Shown piece by piece: positions 36,539 through 45,773 of a DNA stretch of 64,000 nt. Position 1 is the first letter of the stretch; every line of letters begins with the position of its first letter. The translations under genes and the position numbers were made by a program. The stretch spans positions 2,912,001 to 2,976,000 of the forward strand of contig CAWIPH010000002.1 of NCBI GenBank assembly GCA_963837955.1, written 5' to 3'. This DNA is from an uncultured Verrucomicrobiae bacterium. GTDB lineage: Bacteria; Verrucomicrobiota; Verrucomicrobiia; Chthoniobacterales; JAFAMB01. The notes below the pieces were generated by a model, which had not been told where the DNA came from, did no database searches, and was given only the letters and a program-made list of their open reading frames with translations.

Positions 36539-37312
36539 ATGAGCAACACAGTCGATTCAACTGGTCCTGCCGAGCGCCATCGCGCTGGATTTCCTACCAC
36601 CCACTGGAGTGTTGTCCTGCGGGCCCGGCAGTCCGGAGATACCAGAGAGTTTAAGAGCGCATTTGATAGGTTGTATCGGGCTTATTGGTATCCACTTTAT
36701 GCCTACGCCCGCAGGTGGGGCCGTTCCCCGGATGATGCTCAGGACCTGACCCAAGGCTTTTTCACGTACGTACTTGAGAAAGATCTGTTTGCTGTCGCCG
36801 ATTCAGACCGAGGAAAATTGCGCACGTTTCTATTGACCGCGTTTAGCCGCTATTTGATGAGAGAGCGAGACCGGGGTGAGGCGGGCAAACGCGGAGGCGG
36901 CCAGCAGATCGAATCACTCGATGAGGAATTTGACGACGGTGAACGACGCTATCGGCACGAGCCTGCAGACCGAGTCACGCCGGAGCGGCTTTTCGATCAA
37001 GCGTGGGCTCACTCGATCCTGGACTCGGCCAAGGCTTATCTCGCAGCCGATGAGGCAGGAGCGGGACGCGCCGAAATGTTCAGGATTCTAGAGCCGTACC
37101 TCGAAAGAGGCAGCTCTGCTGAGATGCCATACAAAGAACTAGCGCTGCAGATTGGCCTGAAAGAGGCCGCCCTGCGCCAAACGATCAAGCGCTTACGCGA
37201 CCGATATCGCGAAGCGGTGCGCACCGCGATCGCCGATACCTTGACTGAGCCCACTGACCAGGCAATAGAGGAAGAGTTACGCGATCTCCGGGCAGCTCTT
37301 GATTCCTACTAA
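36539..37312 (+). CDS. ECF sigma factor of the kinase-associated type common in PVC bacteria
   Basis: N-terminal FPTTHWSVV, YWYPLYAY, DAQDLTQGFF, GKLRTFL, KRGGG, sigma4 YKELA..IGL...RLRDRYR. Confidence 0.88.
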   Translation: MSNTVDSTGPAERHRAGFPTTHWSVVLRARQSGDTREFKSAFDRLYRAYWYPLYAYARRWGRSPDDAQDLTQGFFTYVLEKDLFAVADSDRGKLRTFLLTAFSRYLMRERDRGEAGKRGGGQQIESLDEEFDDGERRYRHEPADRVTPERLFDQAWAHSILDSAKAYLAADEAGAGRAEMFRILEPYLERGSSAEMPYKELALQIGLKEAALRQTIKRLRDRYREAVRTAIADTLTEPTDQAIEEELRDLRAALDSY

Positions 37313-38640
37313 AAAAAGAATATCCGCCGAATGCGCGCTACTAGTTCGGCTACGCCTTCATGCCGGTCCCGATGTCGTCTTGCACCGGTTTTGTGAGGCG
37401 GCGGTGTCGAGGGTGGGTTGCGATCGGCAGGCGTGGAATAAGAATCGCCTCTAAAAAAGGCGAATACCTGTCTCAGGCGCGCAAGGATTACCGTCATTTC
37501 ACTCATCTCTCGATGTCGTTTTGCGCCGGCTTTGTGAGTAGGCGATCCCGCCGGCGGATTGCGATCTGATGGTGTTACCGGTTGAGACCCGTTGTCGGGT
37601 ATCGCCTGGTCAGACGGTCCTATTTGCAGCGGGGAATCGGTTGGGGTGGGAGTTGGAGTTTCCGAGGATTCAGGCCTGGAGCCCGTGTCCGTTGGTGGAG
37701 GATTAGCCAGAACGCTTGGTGAGGAACCGGCCGTTGGAGTCGGAGCATCAGCCGTCTGGGCAGGCCTCGAGTTCATCCATCCACCCAGAGATGACCACAA
37801 AACACCCAGCGCCAAAAGAGAGCAGAGACTTACCACGAAAGGTATCACCGCGCCGTTTCTCCGCCGGTTTGCTCCCCCTGTTCCCTCGGTTTCCGGCAAG
37901 GCGACGACAACCGTTACATTATCGCCATCAGGTCCGTTCCGTTTTACCGCGCGCTCGACAGCCTGCGGCAGCAGAGTGGCTACCCTTTCCCTTCGGCTAA
38001 ACAACATGTCAGCCATCTCCTCTACTTTGGTGCGCTCCCAGAAACCATCCGTACATAGTAAGAACGCATCTGCCCCGGAGATGTCAGCCATATCGCGCGC
38101 CGGTTCCTTATAATTTTCGCCGCCAAGTGACTGGAGTAGACTCCCTTGATCCGGGTGCTCGCCCATTTTATCCTCGGACACCATTCCACGCGTAACCATT
38201 ACTTGGAGGACGGAGTGATCCTCGGTGCGCTTGATTAGCCGTCCAGATTGGAAGTGATAAAGCCGGCTATCTCCGGAGTGCACCCAAAATGCTTTGGTTG
38301 GTGTTAGGTAAAGCGCGGCGATCGTGGCGCGCGGAGAAAGACCTTTTTTTGCGCCTTGATCATTCATTCGCTCGTGCGCCATTTTGCACAGCGCATCCAG
38401 CTCAGCCCAGGGATCATCAAATTGCCCACTGCGTTTTTCCCACAGCTGGCGCGCCACTTCTGCAACAGTCTCCGAGGCAAGCCGGCCGCCGCTATTCCCA
38501 CCGACGCCGTCACTCACAACGAGCAAAGCGGTCCTATGTTGGTCAGCCGAGAAATAGCATCCCATGTCCTGCTGCTCGTCGCGGGGTCCTTGTAACTCGG
38601 CTACCAGGAACCGCGTACTCTCCTGTTTGAATTTGTTCAT
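37309..38640 (-). CDS. PP2C phosphatase - TM - Pro/Ser-rich tail with duplicated C-terminal motif
   Basis: RDEQQD, VSDGVGG, SGDSRLY, DHS, CTDG, GDNVT; TM; PTP-rich tail. Confidence 0.9.
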   Translation of the reverse strand: MNKFKQESTRFLVAELQGPRDEQQDMGCYFSADQHRTALLVVSDGVGGNSGGRLASETVAEVARQLWEKRSGQFDDPWAELDALCKMAHERMNDQGAKKGLSPRATIAALYLTPTKAFWVHSGDSRLYHFQSGRLIKRTEDHSVLQVMVTRGMVSEDKMGEHPDQGSLLQSLGGENYKEPARDMADISGADAFLLCTDGFWERTKVEEMADMLFSRRERVATLLPQAVERAVKRNGPDGDNVTVVVALPETEGTGGANRRRNGAVIPFVVSLCSLLALGVLWSSLGGWMNSRPAQTADAPTPTAGSSPSVLANPPPTDTGSRPESSETPTPTPTDSPLQIGPSDQAIPDNGSQPVTPSDRNPPAGSPTHKAGAKRHREMSEMTVILARLRQVFAFFRGDSYSTPADRNPPSTPPPHKTGARRHRDRHEGVAELVARIRRIFFF

Positions 38641-38660
38641 TGGTCGCTGAGCGCGAAACT

Positions 38661-39212
38661 CTAATATTGTCTGCGGAAGGATTTAGCGATCCAACCGGGA
38701 TCGCGGGTTTTCATTCTGGTTACTTCTTCATCGCGAACTTCAGCAAAGTAGTCCGAGTGATCTTCGTCCAGAACAAGTTTCCCTTTTTGAAATGTCAGTT
38801 CTCGCACCGCCCGGAACTTCCATGGAGGATGGAAACCCAGAGGCTCGTACAGCTCGTTGATGAAATCATCACCCAGCAATATCCTGCCGGTGTAGTTCAA
38901 AGGTCGATTCAACTCGGTGTATACGTATTCGCCGCGTTCGTCCCGAAAAGGCCTGCGCTGAAATAGCACGGGATATGCATCGGGAATCTCTGGTTTTACC
39001 TCATTAGTCGATAGTGCAATGGTCAGGCTCTCCAGACGCAATTCGCAATCGATCACTTCGTAGCGCAAACAGAATCCACGCCAGCATGCCGGGTGCAGCT
39101 CCACCGGCCGCAAGTCATAGTCCACCGGATTAAACGGCTCGGGACGGCGGTATCCAACCAGAGCAAAGTCAATTTCTTGGTAAAGAACGATGTCGTGAAT
39201 TTGAGCGGTCAT
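38661..39212 (-). CDS. Conserved hypothetical protein (MTAQ...ACWRG family)
   Basis: MTAQIHD start, ACWRGF, YTGRILLG, ELTFQKG; globular composition, function unknown. Confidence 0.65.
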   Translation of the reverse strand: MTAQIHDIVLYQEIDFALVGYRRPEPFNPVDYDLRPVELHPACWRGFCLRYEVIDCELRLESLTIALSTNEVKPEIPDAYPVLFQRRPFRDERGEYVYTELNRPLNYTGRILLGDDFINELYEPLGFHPPWKFRAVRELTFQKGKLVLDEDHSDYFAEVRDEEVTRMKTRDPGWIAKSFRRQY

Positions 39213-39433
39213 TAGAGCTTGGTCCTTGTCTTTTACGGGCAGACGCACGGCAACGCTGCTCTGAATCTTACGATTCCTTACCTATTTGTGACGGCAGAAT
39301 GCAGCTCAGAATACTCTGAAAACTCGCCGCTTCCGTTTGACTGGCGAATCTTCGCTATTGGGGGGCCACAAACGGAGTCGCGAGAGTGAGTTCCTACCGA
39401 TTACGGGTTCGAGAAAAGGCAGCAGCCCCTACG

Positions 39434-42400
39434 CTATCGATTACCCAGACCGGCCTGAGCGGACAGCATAAATGGTCCGGCACGTTGAATTGCCATCCCA
39501 AGACTTTCCTCCTGTCGAAGTCGAACGAGGGTATCACGTTGCGTCTCAGCTAGTGCGCCAAAGACATCCCGACTGGATAAAGCCCGACGGTAGAACGCCG
39601 ACATGAACTCGGCGGTCTCCGCATCGGAAATTCGCCAGAGCGTGAAGAGAAGGTTCTCGGCGCCTGCCATCGTGAAACCACGGCGTAAACCAAGGACGCC
39701 TTCTCCGATGTCTGCCTCCCCAGCCCCAGTTTCGCAGGCGGATAGGGTCACTAGCCAAGTGCCTTGGAGCGCAAGCCGTCCCACTTCGTCTGCCAAAATG
39801 ATTCCATCCGTTTCCGGGGATGGAAAATCGCTCTGGGCCCAAGAACGCAGTGTGTCCTGTGCACCGGCCAATGCCAAACCGCATCGATGCATCGGATTCT
39901 CAATCGGCAACCGATCCTTGGACAATACAAACGCATGCGTAGCCAGGTGGAGCACCCATGGCGATTTCAAGCGAAGGAGAGCTGCTTTCGAAGCCTCTTT
40001 TCCTTGAAGCACTACGATTTCTTTAACTCCATTCGCCTCCGCCATCCGGCGAATCAATGTCGCCTCGGTTACCGTGCCGGGGAGCGATCTAAGAGTTATC
40101 TGAGAGGAGAGGCTCTGACCAAGCTCGCGATACAACGACTGTTCCGGTTTACCAACGACCAGCGGCGCGGACGAATGCAGACTGAAATCGGGATTAGCAA
40201 AAATTTCAACCACTTCATTCGACCGAGGTGCCATTGACTTAGCTCTCCTTAGTAAATCGCGACCACTCGAGACATAGCCAATGGTGTAGTGCTGGCAAAA
40301 GAACGTATCGTCTGGAGTCAAAAGGGCAGCGAACGGGAGAAAATTTAGTTCACCATCGGGACACAAGACGAGGCGATCTACTTTGGTCGCTAGGTTTGCG
40401 GTGATTGGGGCGACTAGCAGATCATACAGCTTGCGGCAAAGTGAATGCAGATCAGCAGACTTCGCAGCAACCTCTGGCTGAAGCTGTAGAATGGCAGAAT
40501 CAATCGTGCCCGCATCACCTAATTCGATCCAGTTGGGAATACCTTCATGCGGTATGAGCAGTGCGCCATATTTATCCAACCAAACTCCTTTGCCCTGATA
40601 GACGCGGCACCGAATGAACTCGACTAACGTCATCCGACCCGAAAGAGCGGATTGCACGTCTTGATAGGTGACCTGCAGCGCCTGATTCACACGACCGTAA
40701 CCACTCACGCGTTCGGCGAGCTGTTTCTCCAGGTCATTGATCTTCGATCGAATCGCTTCCTGAGATGTGAGGTCAGCTTTTGCCTGTGGGGAGTTGGCAG
40801 CGAGTTCTCTGGGCAATTTATCCAGTGCGTCGTACTGAACACGGAGACTATTCACGAGATCCTTGATCACTGGATCTCCTTCCTGGGAGGCTACAATTTT
40901 ATCTTCCAGCAGCGAATCCAGTACGATCCCCTTCCAACGCAGGATTACGTTTGCCAGGTCCTCACTCAGGTGAGCGCTGACCAACAAAGAGAACGGGTCC
41001 TGGGCCTCTCTAAACCCGAGGCGCTCTTCCTCGGTTGTAAACGTTAGCACATTGGCAAGCAACGCTTCACTCGCTTTGGTGTATTTTCGAATCGCATCAA
41101 TTGCCTGATCACGGTGTCCCAGATCCAGCTGGTTGAGAGCATATTCGTAATAGAAGTTTATGAGGTCGCGATGCAAGGGACCCAGTGGGGTGCTAAATTC
41201 GCTGACGCTCTGTTGCAACAGCGGCTCCGCCAACCCAAACTTGCCTTCTTCATCGTAAAGTTTAGCGAGAACAAACTCGGAAACCGCGGTATCGGGATGA
41301 CCCGGTGGTAAAGTAGCTCGTCTGATATTCAAGCTGCGGACAAAAAATTCTTCGGCCTTGTCGTACTTTTTCAACTTCTGGAAGACGCGCCCCAGATTAT
41401 TCGCGCTATCAGCAGTGTCGGGAGAATCTCCCAATTTCTTCTCGGTAATGGCCAGGCTTTCTTCCAGCAAAGAAGCCGCCTTCTCCAAATCATGTTTCTT
41501 GTAATAGACTGCCGCTAGGTTGTTGAGGCTTTCGGCCGTCGCTGGACTCTCTTCGCCATAACACTTTCGCCTCCCGGTCAATGCCTGTTGCAACAAAGGT
41601 TCAGCTTGATCGTACAAGCCGAGTCGAATCTTCAGCATTCCCTCGAAGTTTAGTATGGAGAGTACAGCCGGATGCTCGGGTCCGAGGTCAGTAGTCAGGG
41701 TTTCTTTGGCTCGCAGAAAAAGCGGTTCTGCCGCCGCATAGTCGCCTTGAATGTAACGAACGTATCCGAGCTGTGCTTGGCTCTGCGCTGTCTCCGGATG
41801 GTTTTCGCCGCGGACCTTCTTTCTCTGTTCCAGTATATGGTTGGAGAGGTCTTCAGCCTCTTTCATTTGGCGCTTCCCGATGCGGAGCTCTGCCACGCCA
41901 TTCATAGCAGTGATGGTTTCGGGGGAGCTATCACCGAGGATAGTTTTGAGTGTCTGGAGAGCAGCTTGAATATGTGATTCGGCGAGTGAGAATTGGCTCA
42001 AGCCGGTCTCCGCCTCACCTAAATCGCGGAGGATAAAGGCTAGTAAAAGCTTCCCGTCGGCGGTCTTGTCCTGGCAGAGAGCCTCGCCCTCTTCCAACTT
42101 CTTCTTCGCATTCTGGTAGTCCCAGGTCTGACTCGATAGTTCACCCAGATCAGCTAGCGCCCGAGCCATCAAGTTAGGTTCAGCAGTCTGCAAAGGGCGA
42201 CTAATCTCCAGTTCCTCTGCGAAACTTTTTGACCCAGCGTCGAAGCGCCCCAAAAGCAATTCCGCTTGGCCGGCTTCATGCAAAGCCTTCGCCAGAAAAA
42301 CAGGATCGCTTGGCACCAAGCCGTGAGCTAATTCTACCAATCGTTGAGCAAGCACCTCCGCCTTGGCATAATCCCCGCTCTCGCGCGCTTCTCTGGCTTG

Positions 42401-42499
42401 GACAAGCTGCTCCCTCAAGGATCCGCTAATGTCCGCAATAGCACCGAGCGTAGAAAAAACTTCCAGCGCAATGAGGCAGATTATTGTCTTTCCAGACAT
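39434..42499 (-). CDS. TPR-CHAT domain (caspase/HetF-like) cysteine protease, probably exported
   Basis: Hydrophobic N-terminus, about 10 kinesin-light-chain-type TPRs (G..HP.TA.SLNNLA), PDGELNFLPFAAL, LHLATH (His), LSACETG (Cys), GLRRGF..AGA, LWRISD. Confidence 0.93.
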   Translation of the reverse strand: MSGKTIICLIALEVFSTLGAIADISGSLREQLVQAREARESGDYAKAEVLAQRLVELAHGLVPSDPVFLAKALHEAGQAELLLGRFDAGSKSFAEELEISRPLQTAEPNLMARALADLGELSSQTWDYQNAKKKLEEGEALCQDKTADGKLLLAFILRDLGEAETGLSQFSLAESHIQAALQTLKTILGDSSPETITAMNGVAELRIGKRQMKEAEDLSNHILEQRKKVRGENHPETAQSQAQLGYVRYIQGDYAAAEPLFLRAKETLTTDLGPEHPAVLSILNFEGMLKIRLGLYDQAEPLLQQALTGRRKCYGEESPATAESLNNLAAVYYKKHDLEKAASLLEESLAITEKKLGDSPDTADSANNLGRVFQKLKKYDKAEEFFVRSLNIRRATLPPGHPDTAVSEFVLAKLYDEEGKFGLAEPLLQQSVSEFSTPLGPLHRDLINFYYEYALNQLDLGHRDQAIDAIRKYTKASEALLANVLTFTTEEERLGFREAQDPFSLLVSAHLSEDLANVILRWKGIVLDSLLEDKIVASQEGDPVIKDLVNSLRVQYDALDKLPRELAANSPQAKADLTSQEAIRSKINDLEKQLAERVSGYGRVNQALQVTYQDVQSALSGRMTLVEFIRCRVYQGKGVWLDKYGALLIPHEGIPNWIELGDAGTIDSAILQLQPEVAAKSADLHSLCRKLYDLLVAPITANLATKVDRLVLCPDGELNFLPFAALLTPDDTFFCQHYTIGYVSSGRDLLRRAKSMAPRSNEVVEIFANPDFSLHSSAPLVVGKPEQSLYRELGQSLSSQITLRSLPGTVTEATLIRRMAEANGVKEIVVLQGKEASKAALLRLKSPWVLHLATHAFVLSKDRLPIENPMHRCGLALAGAQDTLRSWAQSDFPSPETDGIILADEVGRLALQGTWLVTLSACETGAGEADIGEGVLGLRRGFTMAGAENLLFTLWRISDAETAEFMSAFYRRALSSRDVFGALAETQRDTLVRLRQEESLGMAIQRAGPFMLSAQAGLGNR

Positions 42500-42670
42500 G
42501 GCGAAAATTGTAGTTGGGATGATAACTTGGGCCTAGGACAGCGTCGCCACAATCGCATCGATGTTGACTAGTTAATTGATATTTGGAAGTCTTAGCTTTC
42601 GCACTTCCGCCCATTTTAGAATCGTGCTCTAACCTAGCACAAGTCATCAGGTGGAGTACCGTGCACCGGC

Positions 42671-43759
42671 ATGGAAGAGGAAAAAGGCCTGCGGCATCGC
42701 CTTGAGGGACAAGATCCCTTATTGCATCCCTTTCTTTCCGCCCTGGAGGATCAGTCAGCTCTGGCCGAGCTTGATACCCTGTTGCGTAACGAAGCCGTAC
42801 CGATCATTCGCAAGATCGTCAATCAAAGGCTAGGGCTATCCTCATTCCAGTCACGCCAGGAATACGCCGATCCGCGATATCTCGATGCACAAGACCTTAA
42901 CCAACAGACCTTAGTTGCTCTGACCTCTCGTTTGTGGCGAGTTCACGTTGCCCCGGAAACCAACCAGATCACCGAATTCCGCTCTTACGTCGCTGGGGCC
43001 ACCTTCAACACCTGGAGGGGTGCCGTACGCAACGATGCCCGACTCTGGGCTCGCCTCTCTGGCCGGCTAGCCTATCTCTGCCGTGGTTCTGCCGGTCACA
43101 CCGGGTTCGTAAAGTGGCACCATGACAACCAAGGACCCGTCGCTGGTTTTGAACTTTGGCGGCGCAAGAATGTCCCGGTTGCGCAGCTGCAGCCGCCCGA
43201 ATTGGATCCGCCGCAAAATATGCCGCGCCCCGAAACACCTTTACCGGAGGTCGCAGAATGGGTTCTTCGTCGGGCGGGAGGTCCTTTGCCCTGGAATGAC
43301 TTCGTGACATCGGTTGCTCTCATTTTGCAGGTCAAGACCGAGCGAGTCTCCCTCGACCCGGCAACTCTGGACCAGGCGTTACGAGCAGGAACACCAAATG
43401 ACCCGGGGACCGCTGGCCAGGAATCCTTGAACAAAGATCGGCTGCGTTTGGTATGGGAGGAGATCCAATCTCTGGACCGCAAAGAGCGAGCGGTGCTTTT
43501 GTTGAAAGCCGAGGATTTGCTTGATTTTGATATTAGCCAGGTGGCCACTTTGGAGACTGTCGCTCATATCCTTGAATTTTCGGTCGACCAGCTTGCTCGA
43601 CTTCTGCCGCGCTTGCCCCTAGATGACTACGAGATTGCTGGGCTTCTGGGGGTCCAGAGACAAACGGTCGTCAATCTCAGAAGCCAGGCGCGCGCCACCC
43701 TTCGCCGGCGTCTCTCCAAGAGCACCGACTTCACTGCTTCCTTAAAGGCAACCAAATAA
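42671..43759 (+). CDS. Atypical long ECF-like RNA polymerase sigma factor
   Basis: sigma2 (DAQDL..Q, FRSYV) and sigma4 (IQSLDRKERAVLLL...DDYEIAGLLGVQRQTVVNLRSQARATLRR) separated by a long insertion. Confidence 0.75.
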   Translation: MEEEKGLRHRLEGQDPLLHPFLSALEDQSALAELDTLLRNEAVPIIRKIVNQRLGLSSFQSRQEYADPRYLDAQDLNQQTLVALTSRLWRVHVAPETNQITEFRSYVAGATFNTWRGAVRNDARLWARLSGRLAYLCRGSAGHTGFVKWHHDNQGPVAGFELWRRKNVPVAQLQPPELDPPQNMPRPETPLPEVAEWVLRRAGGPLPWNDFVTSVALILQVKTERVSLDPATLDQALRAGTPNDPGTAGQESLNKDRLRLVWEEIQSLDRKERAVLLLKAEDLLDFDISQVATLETVAHILEFSVDQLARLLPRLPLDDYEIAGLLGVQRQTVVNLRSQARATLRRRLSKSTDFTASLKATK

Positions 43760-43888
43760 TATTAATAATGACCAATATCAGCGGGATTTCCGCGTCTCCC
43801 TATGATGGTATAGTTATTGGCGCCTGTCCGGCTCGACCTTGGATGCGCTTTGGAACTGCCATAGGACGGCCCAAGCTTTTCTGACAAG

Positions 43889-45178
43889 ATGTCCCACCTT
43901 TCCCTAGCGATGCAGCAACGGTTTTTAGCCCGAGCGTTGACACCCCAAGAAACTCTGGTTGCCAGCAATCACCTTAACCAATGCGCATTGTGTCGTGGAA
44001 GTCTGAACAATTTGAGATCGAATCAACTTCATTCTGTCGTTGACCAGATCCTGGGCGAAGAGGCGCCGGCCAACCACCACCCTTCCCCCGATTTGCTGGC
44101 CGCTTACGTGGATGAGGACTTGAGCCCAGCAGATCGGCCTTTGCTGGAGGCTCATCTTTCCAGCTGTGAGTTCTGTCGAGTAACTCTGGCCGATCTCCAG
44201 AGCTTTCGGACCGAACTCCAAGAGACACCGGCCCAGATCTACACCCCTGGTGAATCGATCGCACGTAAAGGCATCTTCGATTCCGTTTCCGAGTTTTGGA
44301 CGGGACTCCTTCATTCCCTCACCAAACCCATCGTTCTAACCGGAGGCTTGACCGCAGCAGCTCTGCTTATTGTTCTCGCACTCCTTACTGGCCGATTCTC
44401 CTCCTCCCTACCATTTGCGGGACAAACAACCGCCGAAACCATTCAAGATGGAACATTGACCTTTCAAGTCCAATCGGCCGGACACGTGCAGGCATCAACA
44501 CAATTACCTTCCGAAGCCCTCAATGTCCTGGCCAGCGCGCTATTCGATCTAGTTCGATCCTCAGAACCATCGGCGGACCTTACGCGCGGAATTTCGAGCA
44601 CGCCGGACTCGGCCAGCGGTTCGCCTGGTGATACGAAGCTTCCAGCCACCGACGATTATTTCAGTCGGAAAATTTTTGGAGAGATTGTGATCTTGCCGCG
44701 CGGCACTTCAGATCCGTACGCAAATCCCAACGGCGTGATCATTCGTGAGGTCAAGCCCACACTCAGCTGGCGCCCAATGGCTGCCATTTCCTCGACCCAA
44801 ACCTTAACTGTAGAGGATTGCGGAACCGGCCAAACGGTTCTTCGGAGCGAACTGCCCGGAAGCATTTCCAGTTTCACTATCCAGGCTCCTCTCCAACGCG
44901 GAAACATTTATCGCTGGAACGTGGCGACATCGGAAGAGCCTGATAACACCGTCAGACTATTGGCATCCGGCCGGTTCAAGATCGCTCCCGAGTCTGACCT
45001 CCAAACGATTAGTTCCTCGACGGCAAATTCTTCTCACTTGCTCAAGGCCTTTTGGTTGGCCCGAGCGGGACTCTTCCGAGAATCCGAAGCGGAATTGATC
45101 CAGCTACAGGCAGCCAATCCCAAGTCGGCCACAATCGCCAAGGCTCTGGATTACGTCCTACGCCTGGAAGGTAGATGA
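43889..45178 (+). CDS. Anti-sigma factor with two zf-HC2 zinc fingers, TM and extracytoplasmic domain
   Basis: HLNQCALC and HLSSCEFC (HxxxCxxC), TM IVLTGGLTAAALLIVLALL, C-terminal PTLSW..LQRG..YRW..GRF domain (DUF928-like by eye). Confidence 0.8.
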   Translation: MSHLSLAMQQRFLARALTPQETLVASNHLNQCALCRGSLNNLRSNQLHSVVDQILGEEAPANHHPSPDLLAAYVDEDLSPADRPLLEAHLSSCEFCRVTLADLQSFRTELQETPAQIYTPGESIARKGIFDSVSEFWTGLLHSLTKPIVLTGGLTAAALLIVLALLTGRFSSSLPFAGQTTAETIQDGTLTFQVQSAGHVQASTQLPSEALNVLASALFDLVRSSEPSADLTRGISSTPDSASGSPGDTKLPATDDYFSRKIFGEIVILPRGTSDPYANPNGVIIREVKPTLSWRPMAAISSTQTLTVEDCGTGQTVLRSELPGSISSFTIQAPLQRGNIYRWNVATSEEPDNTVRLLASGRFKIAPESDLQTISSSTANSSHLLKAFWLARAGLFRESEAELIQLQAANPKSATIAKALDYVLRLEGR

Positions 45179-45216
45179 AGATTGCGGAACGTTAACTTCA
45201 GGAAGTAGCTGTCGCC

Positions 45217-45759
45217 TTAACCGAAGGCGGAGCAAACTGAGACCAGCAAGGTCGGCAAGCCGATGGCGACCCCGATGCCGTAAATGAGATCCAACCAAAA
45301 AAATCTTCCAACGCTGGCCAGGTAGATGATCCCAACAATGGGCGCGACCATCAATCGCACAACCGAGGAGACTCCCGATCCTTTCATTGATCGCCATAAC
45401 GACTTTGCGTCTCCCGTACTTGGGATAGCGTGCATGGCCATCGAGACACCAAGCCAGATCAGCAGATAATCGAGGAAATCCCCCGCGCCAAATTTGATGA
45501 CCCGTAGCGCGGCCGGAAATGCGATTAACGCTCCCGCAATAGTGTTAATCAGAAAAGGCCCAACTGAAATGAAAAGCGATTGATAGCTCTTTGTCGCAGG
45601 CTCATGAATGACAAACCCGGCAGGGTTACCCAGGCGAAAATAGCAGACTTCGAGAACTGGTACTCTAAACCATCGGCAAAACAATTGATGAGCCAGTTCA
45701 TGAACGATAACGCCAGGAAACGTTACTAAAGCAATGAGCGGACCCGGAATGAGGAACAT
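45217..45759 (-). CDS. HEXXH membrane metalloprotease-like protein (DUF3267/M50-like)
   Basis: FPGVIVHELAH, ISVGPF, AIPSTGD; several TM helices. Confidence 0.75.
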   Translation of the reverse strand: MFLIPGPLIALVTFPGVIVHELAHQLFCRWFRVPVLEVCYFRLGNPAGFVIHEPATKSYQSLFISVGPFLINTIAGALIAFPAALRVIKFGAGDFLDYLLIWLGVSMAMHAIPSTGDAKSLWRSMKGSGVSSVVRLMVAPIVGIIYLASVGRFFWLDLIYGIGVAIGLPTLLVSVCSAFG

Positions 45760-45773
45760 ATTTAGTAGACCAT

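Noticed and set aside
24557..38640. Type VI secretion locus
   Set aside because: Only regulatory-type genes; no sheath, Hcp, VgrG, ClpV or membrane-complex genes
39434..42499. CRISPR-associated Csx29 / Craspase
   Set aside because: No Cas7-11 or array nearby, and the protein appears exported
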